IMG/VR virus record: IMGVR_UViG_3300028584_001240
Length of the DNA: 64,000 bases
Origin: a virus
Taxonomy: Duplodnaviria; Heunggongvirae; Uroviricota; Caudoviricetes
Reading direction: 5' to 3' (one strand)
Below the pieces are notes generated by a model. It saw only the letters and a program-made list of their open reading frames with translations, was not told the origin of the DNA and searched no databases. Of the stretch, positions 8,728 to 19,526 are shown piece after piece; position 1 is the stretch's first letter; every line of letters begins with the position of its first letter. The translations under genes were made by a program, and so were the position numbers.

Positions 8728-9375
8728 ATGAATATAAGTAAAATTGCATTAAGCCTATTAATAACCACTTGTACCGCACCTGTATTTGCAACAGACCTAA
8801 GAAGTTACCAGCTTGCAGACTACAATTGTGAAGAATCATCAGCCATAGAAGTAAAAGCCTGCCTTGAAACAACACTATCAGAAAGTTTAGCTAAATTAAG
8901 TGAGTCAGAACATTATTTCAATAAATCTGTTGAAAGCATTAATTTAGATCAAGATTCAACAACAACATTAAAAAAATCTTTTGAAGAAGAAAAATTAGCC
9001 TACAAAAATTATGCAGAAACTCAATGTAACTTTAAAATAGCAATTGAAAGTAAGCAAAATCCTAATGCTGACATAGAGAGATTATCTTTAATTTGCAAAA
9101 TTAACACAATTGATAGCAGAATAGAAGGATTAACTGAATTTACACATGATTTAACAAATGACTTCGTAGCATCTAAGTCACCAGAATCAGTTGCCAGTGA
9201 TACACCTATTGTTCCTTTTGTAGAAGAAAATACAGAAGCCGTCCAAGAAGCACCGATGAACGAAGTGACTGAACAAACTCCAGTAGTCGATGAAGATTTC
9301 ACCAAATCAGTGCAATCAGAAACCGAAATGGTGCCAACAGATAATGAAACTGATGTAGAAGATGATTTAAATTAA
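8728..9375 (+). CDS. Secreted LprI/DUF1311-like (lysozyme inhibitor family) protein with acidic tail
   Basis: Signal peptide; four Cys in the pattern C...EVKAC...YxxYxxxQC...C...RIxxL. Confidence 0.6.
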   Translation: MNISKIALSLLITTCTAPVFATDLRSYQLADYNCEESSAIEVKACLETTLSESLAKLSESEHYFNKSVESINLDQDSTTTLKKSFEEEKLAYKNYAETQCNFKIAIESKQNPNADIERLSLICKINTIDSRIEGLTEFTHDLTNDFVASKSPESVASDTPIVPFVEENTEAVQEAPMNEVTEQTPVVDEDFTKSVQSETEMVPTDNETDVEDDLN

Positions 9376-9440
9376 GACGAAGAGAATAAAAAAGGATAAC
9401 TAGATTATCCTTTTTTTATATCTTGATTAAGCAATAAATA

Positions 9441-11093
9441 TCAAGTATTAAACTGAGATACCAATTCATTCAACTTATTAGCTTTATCTTGAAGTTTTGA
9501 AACTGTGTCTTCTGTTTGCTCAACAATTTTTTGGCTACGAATAGAACTATTACTGCCTTCCTCGGCTGAACGAGCCATGTCTTGGGTAGCAATAGACTGT
9601 TCTTTGGTCGCTAAGTTGATTACTTGAACATTATCAAAGACGGCCTTCATATCCGTTTGAATTGAACCGATCTGAACTAACACATTACCAGCAAGCTTAA
9701 CCCCATTTTCAACTTTGTGGTTAGTTTCGTCCATTTTCTTGGTAGCACTTACAATCTGTTTACTGATATCGCTAATTGTTTTAGAAATATTCAGAGTGGC
9801 TTCTGCTGTTTTACCAGCCAAGTTACGAACTTCTTCGGCCACTACCGCAAAACCTCTTCCATGCTCACCTGCTCGTGCAGCTTCAATTGAAGCATTGAGA
9901 GCCAATAAGTTGGTTTGATCAGCAATGCCATGAATAACAGTGACAATCTTTGAAATATCAAGGGACTTAACTTCCAAATTATGGATCAATCCTGAAAGAT
10001 CCTGAGCTGATGTAGTGATGTCTGCTACTTCTGAACTCAACAACTTAACTGAGTTTGAACTTTCACTTGTCAATTCATTTACGTTCTCTACGGATTTAGT
10101 CGTAGTGTCAGTGCTTAATGAAATACTTCCCATACTTGTAGTTAACTCTTCTATTGTTGCTGCAGAAGCTGTGGCTCTGTCTGATTGTCCTTGGGCGTCT
10201 ACTAACAAGTTATTCATCAAACCATTAATTTCAACAAGACCTGTTGTAAGCTCATGTGTGTTCATTTTAATAGAAGAAACCATATCTCTAAGTGTTGTGA
10301 TAAATGAATTAAAATTGCGAGCCATTTGACCACTTTCATCGTTAAACTTAACAGGTATTTGATAGGTTAAATCAGCATCACCAGAACCTAGTTGTTCAAA
10401 AACTTTCACCATTTCAAGAATAGGAGCAGTAATCAATCGACCAAGCAAGTAAGCGACAAAGTTAATAAAGAGAATAGAAACAGCGAACATGATAGCAACT
10501 GTTGTAATAATACGTTCTTTAATTGCAGTGACATCGGAAAGATTAATGTCAGCAGCCACCACATATTGGTTACCAGCCAATGTTTTTTTAGGCACATACA
10601 ATGTTCTAAAATCACCTGTTTTTGAAGTGTATTCTTCGGTTGCTTGGATATTTGTGCTCAATACTTTTCTAATAAAGTTCTCTGTTTCAGGTTCATCATA
10701 AGGTGTTGCCGTGTAATGTATAGCTTCATCACTAACCTCTTTTTCTGTTAAATTAGAGGTGATGTATTTTGATTTACCATCTTTATCAATAAATATAGCA
10801 TAAAAATAAGGTATTTCTAATTCATTAACAAAAGTCGTTAGCTGAATAGATTTTTGTCGAGATAAATTAACATCAATCTCATTATGATTAATAACACCAT
10901 CAATAAATGGTTCATTAATGATTTCATTAAAATATTTAGTTGCAAAATCAAGTTTGCTGTCCATATTTCCTAATTCACTTTTAACAGCATATGAATAATA
11001 AAAATAACTAAATGCAGACATGATAATCAAAGACACTGCAAGAAATGCAATTTGTATCTTCCATTTTATACCTAAATCATTAAACAGTTTCAT
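9441..11093 (-). CDS. Methyl-accepting chemotaxis protein
   Basis: Two TM helices, HAMP, and signalling hairpin [37 protein letters not shown]. Confidence 0.97.
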   Translation of the reverse strand: MKLFNDLGIKWKIQIAFLAVSLIIMSAFSYFYYSYAVKSELGNMDSKLDFATKYFNEIINEPFIDGVINHNEIDVNLSRQKSIQLTTFVNELEIPYFYAIFIDKDGKSKYITSNLTEKEVSDEAIHYTATPYDEPETENFIRKVLSTNIQATEEYTSKTGDFRTLYVPKKTLAGNQYVVAADINLSDVTAIKERIITTVAIMFAVSILFINFVAYLLGRLITAPILEMVKVFEQLGSGDADLTYQIPVKFNDESGQMARNFNSFITTLRDMVSSIKMNTHELTTGLVEINGLMNNLLVDAQGQSDRATASAATIEELTTSMGSISLSTDTTTKSVENVNELTSESSNSVKLLSSEVADITTSAQDLSGLIHNLEVKSLDISKIVTVIHGIADQTNLLALNASIEAARAGEHGRGFAVVAEEVRNLAGKTAEATLNISKTISDISKQIVSATKKMDETNHKVENGVKLAGNVLVQIGSIQTDMKAVFDNVQVINLATKEQSIATQDMARSAEEGSNSSIRSQKIVEQTEDTVSKLQDKANKLNELVSQFNT

Positions 11094-11246
11094 ATTAAGA
11101 CATCCTCTAAAAAATTTGATGACATAATGCCATAACTTATATATAAGTCAACAAAAATTATTTTAAAATGTGCATTTAGTAACACTTTCTATCCACTAGT
11201 AAAATTAAATACCAGTAAATAGAGATGTGTAGAGGATTTTGAAAAT

Positions 11247-11780
11247 TTAATTATTTTTCTTGAACGATGGGAATTTAATAGAAATGGATGATTTTTCAGT
11301 GAGTTTTTGCTTTTCAGAAGAATATTCACTTTCAACTTTTGTTTTCAAAATGTCAGCTTTCATTTCTTTTAAACTGTCAATGCTGCTTTTTTCGTTTTCA
11401 TATTGACCATATTCAATAGCCTCAAAATTACTGCTGAAGTTAACAACATCATCAACTCTTTCAAATTGCCATTTTTTAAATCTTGACGGATCACCGGCTG
11501 AAACCAAAATCATTTCATAGGGTTCAAATACATGAAGGTTACCTTTTTCTGTAAACTCAATACGCTCAGTAGGCTGTACCAAGAAGAAAATAGAATTATC
11601 TGTGCAAATACTTTTATTAGTAAAGTCTTGTGTTTCATTATCAAAGATTCGAACAACAGAATGCTTTTTATGTTGAGCTGGGTCAACGTCTGCTTCGTCT
11701 ATAACAAATGGTTTTACTTTTGCATAAACAGTATTCATATCTGCTTCTGATATAAGGGCTGTGTAAGAATTTATTTTCAT
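11247..11780 (-). CDS. Hypothetical protein, basic C-terminal tail
   Basis: 177-aa ORF with upstream TGxTATAAT. Confidence 0.75.
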   Translation of the reverse strand: MKINSYTALISEADMNTVYAKVKPFVIDEADVDPAQHKKHSVVRIFDNETQDFTNKSICTDNSIFFLVQPTERIEFTEKGNLHVFEPYEMILVSAGDPSRFKKWQFERVDDVVNFSSNFEAIEYGQYENEKSSIDSLKEMKADILKTKVESEYSSEKQKLTEKSSISIKFPSFKKNN

Positions 11781-11846
11781 CTCTTTTTATTCCTTGGTTT
11801 TATCTATTCATTATAACATAAATCATAGCTTTTAAAAGAAAGTCTA

Positions 11847-12596
11847 TCAAATACTATACATAATCGCAGTATCTAATTCATTTTTAGTATAATCAATAAT
11901 TTTCTTATCGAAAGTATTATTAAACATGACAACTTCACTATAACTCATGAAGACTTTTTTAAGATAGATTCCTTGCTTATTCATTTTAAGAAAAATACCT
12001 AACACAAACCATGTCTTAATATTCTTATTAAATCCGAGCATATAATTATTAGGTGTACCAGTAAACTTTCCAAAAATGCCATAATGAGTTGATGCAATAA
12101 CAATTAATCCGGTTTCTTCACTTACCTTTGAAAAAACAGAATTTTTAACATTGTGATATTGTTGAATTAGAACCTTTCTAAGTTCTATGGCTAGACACAA
12201 TAATGCTACCGCATATAATATCTGAAAACTAATAATGGCGGGTATATGAGTTACTGTGCAAAATTTCAGCAGAAAATTTAAAATACAAATGACAACCACA
12301 AAAAAATAAAGAATTTTTGGAAGTATGTATTCAGTTTTTTTAATTCTAAAAGTTAAATAGTAAAATGAACTAACTAAATAAATTATACAAAAAATACTTA
12401 ATAATGAACTAATAAAACCAATAAACATTTGTAAATCAAAAGTTCTTGTTAAAATATTAACTGAGCTACATGATGTTATACAAGCTAAAATAACAACCAA
12501 TTTAGCAACATCATTGCTTTTAACAAAATTAAAAGCTCTAATAATTTCAATTTTGAATAACGGCCAAACTTGCAGCCATACCAAAAGTATTTTCAT
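11847..12596 (-). CDS. Multi-TM membrane protein with MxxI tag (TAIMYSI)
   Basis: About 4 hydrophobic helices; C-terminus resembles 36494..37141. Confidence 0.75.
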   Translation of the reverse strand: MKILLVWLQVWPLFKIEIIRAFNFVKSNDVAKLVVILACITSCSSVNILTRTFDLQMFIGFISSLLSIFCIIYLVSSFYYLTFRIKKTEYILPKILYFFVVVICILNFLLKFCTVTHIPAIISFQILYAVALLCLAIELRKVLIQQYHNVKNSVFSKVSEETGLIVIASTHYGIFGKFTGTPNNYMLGFNKNIKTWFVLGIFLKMNKQGIYLKKVFMSYSEVVMFNNTFDKKIIDYTKNELDTAIMYSI

Positions 12597-12599
12597 TTT

Positions 12600-13205
12600 C
12601 TAATCTACCTTCTTTTCAGCAGGCTTAATACTAGAATAACTTGAATTTTTTATCCAACCTGTAAATGATTTATTATCATCATTAATGTATTCAATGGATG
12701 TATAACCATCTTTAACTTCAATAACACTAAATACATCATCTTTTACAATATAGACTTTACTTTCTGTCCCAGCAATAGGCGTTTTGTTTAAGTAAACCTT
12801 TGCTTCTGTTATAACACCTAAACCAATCCAAGGTTTCTTTTCCAGCAAGGAGAAATTTAAACCATATTTAGCTTGACTTGCACCAACACTGGAACAACCC
12901 GGATGGTCATCAGCAACTTCCATGAAGAGTGAATCAGGTTGATTATCAATAACACCATCAATCTTACTGGTGTCTGACCATGTTTTTACATAAGTAGATC
13001 CATTAGGAACAATGGCACCTTCAAAAAAGAATGTACACGTTCTGGTCACACCTTCACCCATAACTTCATGATAATAACCTTCGATTCGATTGTCAGGCGT
13101 TACAGCCATTTTTATAAACTCATATTGACCAGCTTGGAACTTATTGTCAGCCGAAGCAATCCCAACTGTTAATAGTGATAAAGCAATAGAAATAGTTTTA
13201 AACAT
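12600..13205 (-). CDS. Secreted protein with C-terminal SH3-like region
   Basis: Signal peptide (…IASA); YIVKDDVFSVIEVKDGYTSIEY...GWIK. Confidence 0.6.
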   Translation of the reverse strand: MFKTISIALSLLTVGIASADNKFQAGQYEFIKMAVTPDNRIEGYYHEVMGEGVTRTCTFFFEGAIVPNGSTYVKTWSDTSKIDGVIDNQPDSLFMEVADDHPGCSSVGASQAKYGLNFSLLEKKPWIGLGVITEAKVYLNKTPIAGTESKVYIVKDDVFSVIEVKDGYTSIEYINDDNKSFTGWIKNSSYSSIKPAEKKVD

Positions 13206-13324
13206 GATTAACCTCTTAATATGTTATTTAAATTATATTTATGATATGATTTAAATTTAAACATGTCAAAAAAAATAAAAAGACTGAAGCAAAAAAACCA
13301 CCGAAGTGGTTTTAAATATTTTCA

Positions 13325-13395
13325 AGTTCGCACTTAGGGTAGCGTATCACCTATTTTAACAACCTTATTTCTAAGGTCACTCGTGCCTAAACGGC
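13325..13395 (-). ncRNA. Structured trailer between tRNA-fMet and its terminator
   Basis: ACCTTA-GAAA-TAAGGT hairpin plus GCAC/GTGC or GTTTAGG/CCTAAGT pairing; terminator at about 13291-13313. Confidence 0.3.
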
Positions 13396-13401
13396 TAAAT
13401 C

Positions 13402-13476
13402 TGGTTGCAGGGGCGGGAATTGAACCCACGATCTTCAGGTTATGAGCCTAACGAGATACCACTTCTCCACCCTGCG
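13402..13476 (-). tRNA. tRNA-Met(CAT), initiator (fMet) type
   Basis: CGCAGGG...CTCATAA...CCCTGCA-A-CCA; C1:A72 mismatch and A11:U24 pair. Confidence 0.93.
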
Positions 13477-13529
13477 ACTAAGTAAAATAAAAATATTCAT
13501 TTAAGAATTGTTCTTTATTTCGTTTTTAT

Positions 13530-13558
13530 ATAATACCTTGGATTTAAAACCATGTCAA
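13530..13558 (-). promoter_or_regulatory. Promoter for tRNA-fMet (TTGACA-17-TATTAT)
   Basis: Consensus -35, overlapped by inverted repeat AAAACCATGT-CA-ACATGGTTTT. Confidence 0.7.
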
Positions 13559-13576
13559 CATGGTTTTTATATATTT

Positions 13577-14224
13577 TTAATAAGATATCATACTAAGCAG
13601 ATCTTTACATCGTTTTTTATTATCAATTTTTTGACCTTGAAGGATAAGATTAAGATCAAAATGGTCATCTTTTACAATATCATTATTTGCATTATAAATA
13701 CAAGCCAACACAAAATCAGGTAAAATTTCAAATATGGTTTGTGTTCCATTTAAATCATAATCAACTCCATCTGTGGTGATTTTGACAAAATCATCTTCTA
13801 AAATTAGTTCAATATGATTACTATACCTATTATTTCCAGAACCATTGTAAGGTTTAAATGAATACAAGAAATCAAAACTAAATGATTTAAAAGTGAAATC
13901 GTTATTCAAGTAAAAAGCAAAGGTCAAGTAATAATGATTAACCGTTTTATCGACATTATTAATCTGGGAGAAAATAAACTCACTGTTGAATAATACTTTA
14001 GTCCTATTATTAATGTTTTGAAACATACCTAACTCTTGACCAGAGTTATTGACTAATCGACCATAAGACATGTTATGATCCAGTGGTGTAGAAAGAGACT
14101 CTTTCAAAGCGTCATAACCGTCTAAATCATTACGATTAAGCTTTTTGAGCCTAAATCCTTCTGTATAATAAGGAAATACGTCCTTAAATATAGCTGACAA
14201 ATCCATTCCATCTACAAAATACAT
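13577..14224 (-). CDS. Hypothetical protein with MxxI-type tag (LLSMISY)
   Basis: 215-aa ORF, translationally coupled to 14226. Confidence 0.8.
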   Translation of the reverse strand: MYFVDGMDLSAIFKDVFPYYTEGFRLKKLNRNDLDGYDALKESLSTPLDHNMSYGRLVNNSGQELGMFQNINNRTKVLFNSEFIFSQINNVDKTVNHYYLTFAFYLNNDFTFKSFSFDFLYSFKPYNGSGNNRYSNHIELILEDDFVKITTDGVDYDLNGTQTIFEILPDFVLACIYNANNDIVKDDHFDLNLILQGQKIDNKKRCKDLLSMISY

Positions 14225-14225
14225 G

Positions 14226-14945
14226 TTAAACCTCTTTCATGGCATGCAATAACAAATAATCGTCCAGATTATCTACATTGACTTCTTTATAATCTATATT
14301 TACCAGTTCTCTAAAACCTTTCTCAATAAAGTAATCAATAAAAAAATCAAAAGCTTTGGCTTTTTTCTCAATAGATAAATCTTTCATGACTTCCTTTACA
14401 TGCGAATCTTCAAACCCTATATTAATCAAATTATGATTTTTGTCAAATACAAAGGTAACATAAACAGAAGGATAATGGTAGGCAAAGAAGGCAGTAGTAT
14501 GACTAACCACAAAATGACCAGATGTGTCGTCAAGATCAATCCTAAACCTATCCAGACGTTCGTCTTTCAATAACTTATATTTTGTAGGAATTGCTTTTTC
14601 TAATGAAGCACAATAAGACTGAACAAATTTCAAATTGCTCAGGATTCGTTCATGATAGGTCAATGCACTTTTACTGGATTGCTGAGTTGCCATATCGACT
14701 ATTTTGAACAGATTATTGACACCACCTGCCGTGTTCATAAAAAAGATATGATAGTTTTCATAGTTCTCATAACTGAATAGGGTTTTATTTGTATAGTCAT
14801 TTTCATTATTTAAATGAATCAAACCACCCGGCTTAGCCTTTTCATGAATGTATAAATCTAAAAAGCCATCGTCATCCTCACACTTCACCTCTTCAAAAGA
14901 TAAAATGTATGATTTAATTAAGTTGGCTACTTCTAATTTATCCAC
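14226..14945 (-). CDS. Hypothetical protein with tag (LHAMKEV); paralog of 15787..16485
   Basis: Shared VFDxxxNxxxxxF and xExKxxxFxFF segments. Confidence 0.8.
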   Translation of the reverse strand: MDKLEVANLIKSYILSFEEVKCEDDDGFLDLYIHEKAKPGGLIHLNNENDYTNKTLFSYENYENYHIFFMNTAGGVNNLFKIVDMATQQSSKSALTYHERILSNLKFVQSYCASLEKAIPTKYKLLKDERLDRFRIDLDDTSGHFVVSHTTAFFAYHYPSVYVTFVFDKNHNLINIGFEDSHVKEVMKDLSIEKKAKAFDFFIDYFIEKGFRELVNIDYKEVNVDNLDDYLLLHAMKEV

Positions 14946-15066
14946 GTATGAATCCTCGGTAATAGAGCGTTATTATAACAAAAAATAAACCAAAAGTAAA
15001 GTTAAAGGAGTTCTTTAATTCACAATGTTTTTATGCTATAATAGTTAAAATAATGAGGATTTATTG

Positions 15067-15723
15067 ATGTTAACAGCCTATCAATTAGAACAGGAACAAC
15101 TAAACTGCAGTTTCTTTAAGCACACATTGACCCGACATATTGAGAGGCGAAAAGCAACCTATCAAAATAATGGATTTCAAACTCGTGACGGCGAAAGTAT
15201 TGGTACCATGACTGCTGAAGAATTGGTTTTACAATTTAATACAGAATTTGCAAAACATAACTTATCCGTAGCTTGTGAAGATAATATCAAACACGAAATA
15301 TTATCAGGCGGCGATGTTAATCATTTACTCTCTACTTTATTTAAACCTTCTAATAGCTACAGTCCATCAACGATAAGATCTTTAATGAATTATATAGACC
15401 TTATGGAGTCTATTGCAAAAATAACGACAAAAGTATTTAAACATGATCCTACTGATTACAGTCGATTAACTCCATTCGATATTGATTTTTTCTTGTCAAA
15501 AATGAGATTGCACACTAGAGAATTCACCTTGCCGACACAAAAAGGCCGTTCAATTGCAAAAAAACAATTAAAATTACTTGATGCTGATAATAGATTTCGC
15601 TATTTGCCAAAAACACTGTGTATGTTAATGGAACATAGTTTGCTTGATATTATGGCAAAAGAAGCAATTATTGTATATGACAGAAATCAAAGATTAAAGA
15701 ATTCACCAGACATAACACTTTAA
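15067..15723 (+). CDS. Hypothetical protein
   Basis: ORF with GAGGA RBS, TGCTATAAT promoter, terminator at about 15736-15765. Confidence 0.75.
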   Translation: MLTAYQLEQEQLNCSFFKHTLTRHIERRKATYQNNGFQTRDGESIGTMTAEELVLQFNTEFAKHNLSVACEDNIKHEILSGGDVNHLLSTLFKPSNSYSPSTIRSLMNYIDLMESIAKITTKVFKHDPTDYSRLTPFDIDFFLSKMRLHTREFTLPTQKGRSIAKKQLKLLDADNRFRYLPKTLCMLMEHSLLDIMAKEAIIVYDRNQRLKNSPDITL

Positions 15724-15786
15724 AACAAAAAACAATAAAAACATCTGCCGAAACAGATGTTTTTTATTATGTTTTTTTGAGATTTA

Positions 15787-16485
15787 TTAAATATTAACCA
15801 TTCTATAAATGGTGAGGTAATCACGAATTTCCTCAAAAGATAATTCATCATACTTCTTACAAAGTTCATCTCTTAGCAAAGGGCTTCTGAAGTAAACATT
15901 AAAAAAGGCAAAGATAACTTTCTTATCTTCCAATGGATGTGTTCTAAACTTTTCTAAATTCGGATGTCGAAAGTAAACATCAACAATGTTAAAAGATTGA
16001 TCAAATACAGCTCTAAATCCAGTGTCGTAGTTGAGCACATGAAATAATTTTATAACGCCATCAACATTTTTTAACACTGCTTTATAGCTGCTAGTGCGGT
16101 TATCAAGGAAAGGATTGTCAACACCCATGCTAGAATGCAACTCATCATGCATACGGCGTAAGAATTCCATTTGAGTGAGGACGCGATCTATCGTAGGATA
16201 CTTAGCAATGTAATAAAGAAAATTACCTGCCCCTGTAAATGAATAAGCCGCCTCATGTGGAGTATCAGCTTGATTGAAAACATGAACTTTGTGTTGTTCT
16301 GTTTGAATGTAGATTTCAGGCGTAGAAATATCTTGAACGCCATTCTCATCGACATTACGAGTATGGTATTTTAGTGTTCTAATGGATTCATGTTGACTCA
16401 ATTCCTGAACAAGATGCAGGTAGTCAAGAAGCGATAACGTGTAGTTATCATTTTGCTTAGTAAATACAAAATTATCGAAATCCAT
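15787..16485 (-). CDS. Hypothetical protein with MxxI tag (IYRMVNI)
   Basis: 232-aa ORF, GAGG RBS. Confidence 0.8.
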   Translation of the reverse strand: MDFDNFVFTKQNDNYTLSLLDYLHLVQELSQHESIRTLKYHTRNVDENGVQDISTPEIYIQTEQHKVHVFNQADTPHEAAYSFTGAGNFLYYIAKYPTIDRVLTQMEFLRRMHDELHSSMGVDNPFLDNRTSSYKAVLKNVDGVIKLFHVLNYDTGFRAVFDQSFNIVDVYFRHPNLEKFRTHPLEDKKVIFAFFNVYFRSPLLRDELCKKYDELSFEEIRDYLTIYRMVNI

Positions 16486-16554
16486 AAAAATACCTCATAA
16501 GATGAATCTCTGTATACTATCAAAATACTGAATGTTAAGCAAGAAAAAACCTTC

Positions 16555-17334
16555 TTATGAAGGCTTTATTTTATGATTATTGTTTTTTTTATCTTTTAAT
16601 GTATTCAAACAATAGATCCTAGCGGTATCTAATGTCTCATCCACAAATTTTGTAAAGTTTTCACTGGTAAAAGAAACCACTTGATTATGAAGACTACCTT
16701 CTTCGCCTGTATTAACTATATCAGCCCAGTTGTCATATTTAGGACATGAAACTACTAACTTCGGAACATCTAGGTCAATTGCAGTTTCAAATAAATCGAC
16801 ATTTTCAGTATTTAATGACTTTATAACAGCCTGTGCTAAGACTAGACCAGCAATCTCATCATTAAAAGGGTCACCGTCAGATAAGGCATTAATATTTTCT
16901 GCAATATTATCTACGGACATTTTCCTTTGATAATTATCTAATTCGAAATTTTTTATAGCCGAAATAACAGCATCTACAGGGTTAGCGTAGGTTTTAATAT
17001 CATCATCGGTAAGTGTATAACGGGAAACATGCTCATCATTTGTCACTTTATCAACATACAGAAATGATGGTACGCCAAAGTGATGACCTTCAGGAGTTGG
17101 TATTTTATAGATCTCAACAACTAAGAACTTAACATCATCTAATGTTTCTGGATGTTCTTTGTTACTGAGTAATATGAGTTCTTTGACATTGGTCAATTCG
17201 TCATACACAGACAACCCGATATAAGGGAACTTACTGTCACTGTTACGAACAACCATTTCAGTGCTGTAAGACATGTTCTCTTTATTAAGTTCATCTATAT
17301 AACTATCGACTATCTTTTTTGTGTTATTTTCCAT
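16555..17334 (-). CDS. Hypothetical protein, basic tail (KDKKNNNHKIKPS)
   Basis: 259-aa ORF. Confidence 0.8.
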   Translation of the reverse strand: MENNTKKIVDSYIDELNKENMSYSTEMVVRNSDSKFPYIGLSVYDELTNVKELILLSNKEHPETLDDVKFLVVEIYKIPTPEGHHFGVPSFLYVDKVTNDEHVSRYTLTDDDIKTYANPVDAVISAIKNFELDNYQRKMSVDNIAENINALSDGDPFNDEIAGLVLAQAVIKSLNTENVDLFETAIDLDVPKLVVSCPKYDNWADIVNTGEEGSLHNQVVSFTSENFTKFVDETLDTARIYCLNTLKDKKNNNHKIKPS

Positions 17335-17458
17335 AAGTAAGTCTGCTTGTTTGATATTCTTATTATAACATGAAATTGAAATAAAAAAATAAAATAGAGT
17401 TTTTATTTATCACATTATTATGTTATAATGAATAGTAATAAATCAATGATAGCATAAA

Positions 17459-18607
17459 ATGACATTAAAATTCGAAAATCCGGGCTATGTCTATATATTA
17501 AGTAATGAATCATTAAAAGACTTAAAAATAGGCTACACACAAAATTCTCCATATGATAGATCCTTCGATTTATTCACTACTGGCGTACCTACACCTTTCT
17601 TTGTAGAAAAATACTGGTTCGTAGAAGATGCAATGTTGTGTGAAGAACTTATTCATACTAGACTTACTCGTTTTAGAACAAATGAAAGCCGAGAATTCTT
17701 TCGTGTTGACTTAGACAAAGCCGTTATGGCTGCGATGCAAGCAATGGATGATCTTCGTGAAAGATTATGGGCTAAGAATGCAATAAAAAAAGACTACAAA
17801 CAAACACCTTCACAAAACGAAATGCCTACTACTGCACGTTCAACACCAGAACAAAAACACGCCGATGAAATTATTGCGGCTGGTTTGAAACCATTAGTTC
17901 AACAACAGTCATATAACAATCCAAAGTTTACGGCTATGATGAAGGCATTAAAAGAATCAAGAAGAATGTTGACAACCGAAGAAATTGCAAAGGCCATCAG
18001 TATTTCATCAAAAGGTGTGGATGCTCTTGTCAGAATGATGCAAAAAGAAGGGGCAATGTTGTATATTAAAGAAGAAGAAAAAGAAGGTGTTAAAGTAAAA
18101 AAATATGCAATGTCATTGTCTTTCAACGTTCATCAACTTAAAATGTTGGCTGAAAAATTCCCTGATCTTGACTTAATGTCATTGGAAAAATTATTTGAAA
18201 AACCTGTACAAAACAATAAAGCAGGATACCAAAATAGAACGGGTGCAAAACCAAGCTATCCAGCTAAGAAGCCTGTTGAAACTACTAATGCTCAAAAAAC
18301 ACAACAAGCAACACCAGCCCCGCAAAAAGCTGCTGCACAAGCCCCGGCTGCACAGCCAAGAACAGTAACGCCACAACAACGACCTGCTGGGGATAAAGCT
18401 CCATCACCGGCTGAGTTCATACAACAAAAGCTTAATCAGGAAAGGCAACAAGCAGTTACACCACCTGCATCTGTTGCACCAAAGAAATTAACTGAAAGAG
18501 AAGAGTTTATGAGAAATTGTAAAGTCGCCTACCAAGAAGCTGTTGCTTCTGGGCAGATAAAAGAAAAAGAAACACAAACTGTTACAAGAAAGCCTATCAA
18601 GCCATAA
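17459..18607 (+). CDS. T5orf172/MUG113-type GIY-YIG domain protein with possible wHTH and Pro/Gln/Ala-rich tail
   Basis: GYVYILSN...KIGYT...R...TGVPTPF...EELIH..L...R....REFF signature. Confidence 0.85.
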   Translation: MTLKFENPGYVYILSNESLKDLKIGYTQNSPYDRSFDLFTTGVPTPFFVEKYWFVEDAMLCEELIHTRLTRFRTNESREFFRVDLDKAVMAAMQAMDDLRERLWAKNAIKKDYKQTPSQNEMPTTARSTPEQKHADEIIAAGLKPLVQQQSYNNPKFTAMMKALKESRRMLTTEEIAKAISISSKGVDALVRMMQKEGAMLYIKEEEKEGVKVKKYAMSLSFNVHQLKMLAEKFPDLDLMSLEKLFEKPVQNNKAGYQNRTGAKPSYPAKKPVETTNAQKTQQATPAPQKAAAQAPAAQPRTVTPQQRPAGDKAPSPAEFIQQKLNQERQQAVTPPASVAPKKLTEREEFMRNCKVAYQEAVASGQIKEKETQTVTRKPIKP

Positions 18608-18668
18608 GAAATTATGGCTTTTTCATTTATTTATGCTACAATGACTATAAGAGAACATTGAGAAAAAT

Positions 18669-19430
18669 ATGGATAAATTAAAAAACGAATTCAACAAAAA
18701 GCCTATGCCAACCAATGACATCAAGCATAAAGTTGAATTGAATCCTGAAATATCTAATGACGTACAGCTTGAAAGATTGAGATTATTAAAGAATGAACAA
18801 GAACTCACTTACAGACCTGAACACGATTTGAAACTCAATCCTGAACTCGCCAATACCCTTGATTTTGAAATGGAACCCGCCTTAAAAAATCAAAATGATT
18901 TTAGATACAGACCAGAACAAGATTTAAAACCTAAACCTGAACAATCAGCGGGTGTCACTAATGACAATGATCCAACTATGACAGAAGAAGAGTGTATGAG
19001 TCAATTAGAAAGTATTCTTACACCTGAATTGATGGCTAAATTTGTTATGGCTCACTATGCTCATGATGATGGCAATGATTCTCCGGCTTCCTCAGCAGAA
19101 CTAGAAGAGTCATTCAGAAGTTTTGTTGCACAACTGGGTTTCCGTGGTCCAAAGATAGAAGGTTTTGTGCAAAGAGCAATGACCGTCATTGATGATTTTG
19201 ATGTCAGTGATAAATATGACAACATTGATCAAACATCTGGTATTAAAATGTATCAGAAAGATGCTGACATAGATTATACATCAAGTCTTGCTGGATTAGA
19301 ACTTGAAGTGGATATGCAAGACAGAGAACCACCTGATTTGGGAACAAGTAACTCAATTAAGAATCCAAACTTGAATAATCCTTATTACATCAATCCTAAT
19401 ATGAAACCAAAACCAACACCTTTTGATTGA
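18669..19430 (+). CDS. Hypothetical acidic protein with YRPExDLK repeats
   Basis: 253-aa ORF; terminator at about 19445-19470. Confidence 0.75.
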   Translation: MDKLKNEFNKKPMPTNDIKHKVELNPEISNDVQLERLRLLKNEQELTYRPEHDLKLNPELANTLDFEMEPALKNQNDFRYRPEQDLKPKPEQSAGVTNDNDPTMTEEECMSQLESILTPELMAKFVMAHYAHDDGNDSPASSAELEESFRSFVAQLGFRGPKIEGFVQRAMTVIDDFDVSDKYDNIDQTSGIKMYQKDADIDYTSSLAGLELEVDMQDREPPDLGTSNSIKNPNLNNPYYINPNMKPKPTPFD

Positions 19431-19526
19431 TAATCAAAAACTTTAAAGCCTCGATATGTCGGGGCTTTTCATTGCTTATTTTTTTTGAAATGTTAATATA
19501 GTTGATATATTATAACGGAGATTAAA

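Noticed and set aside
13402-13476. tRNA-Ile2(CAT) as the TilS substrate
   Set aside because: C1:A72 mismatch and A11:U24 mark it as initiator type.
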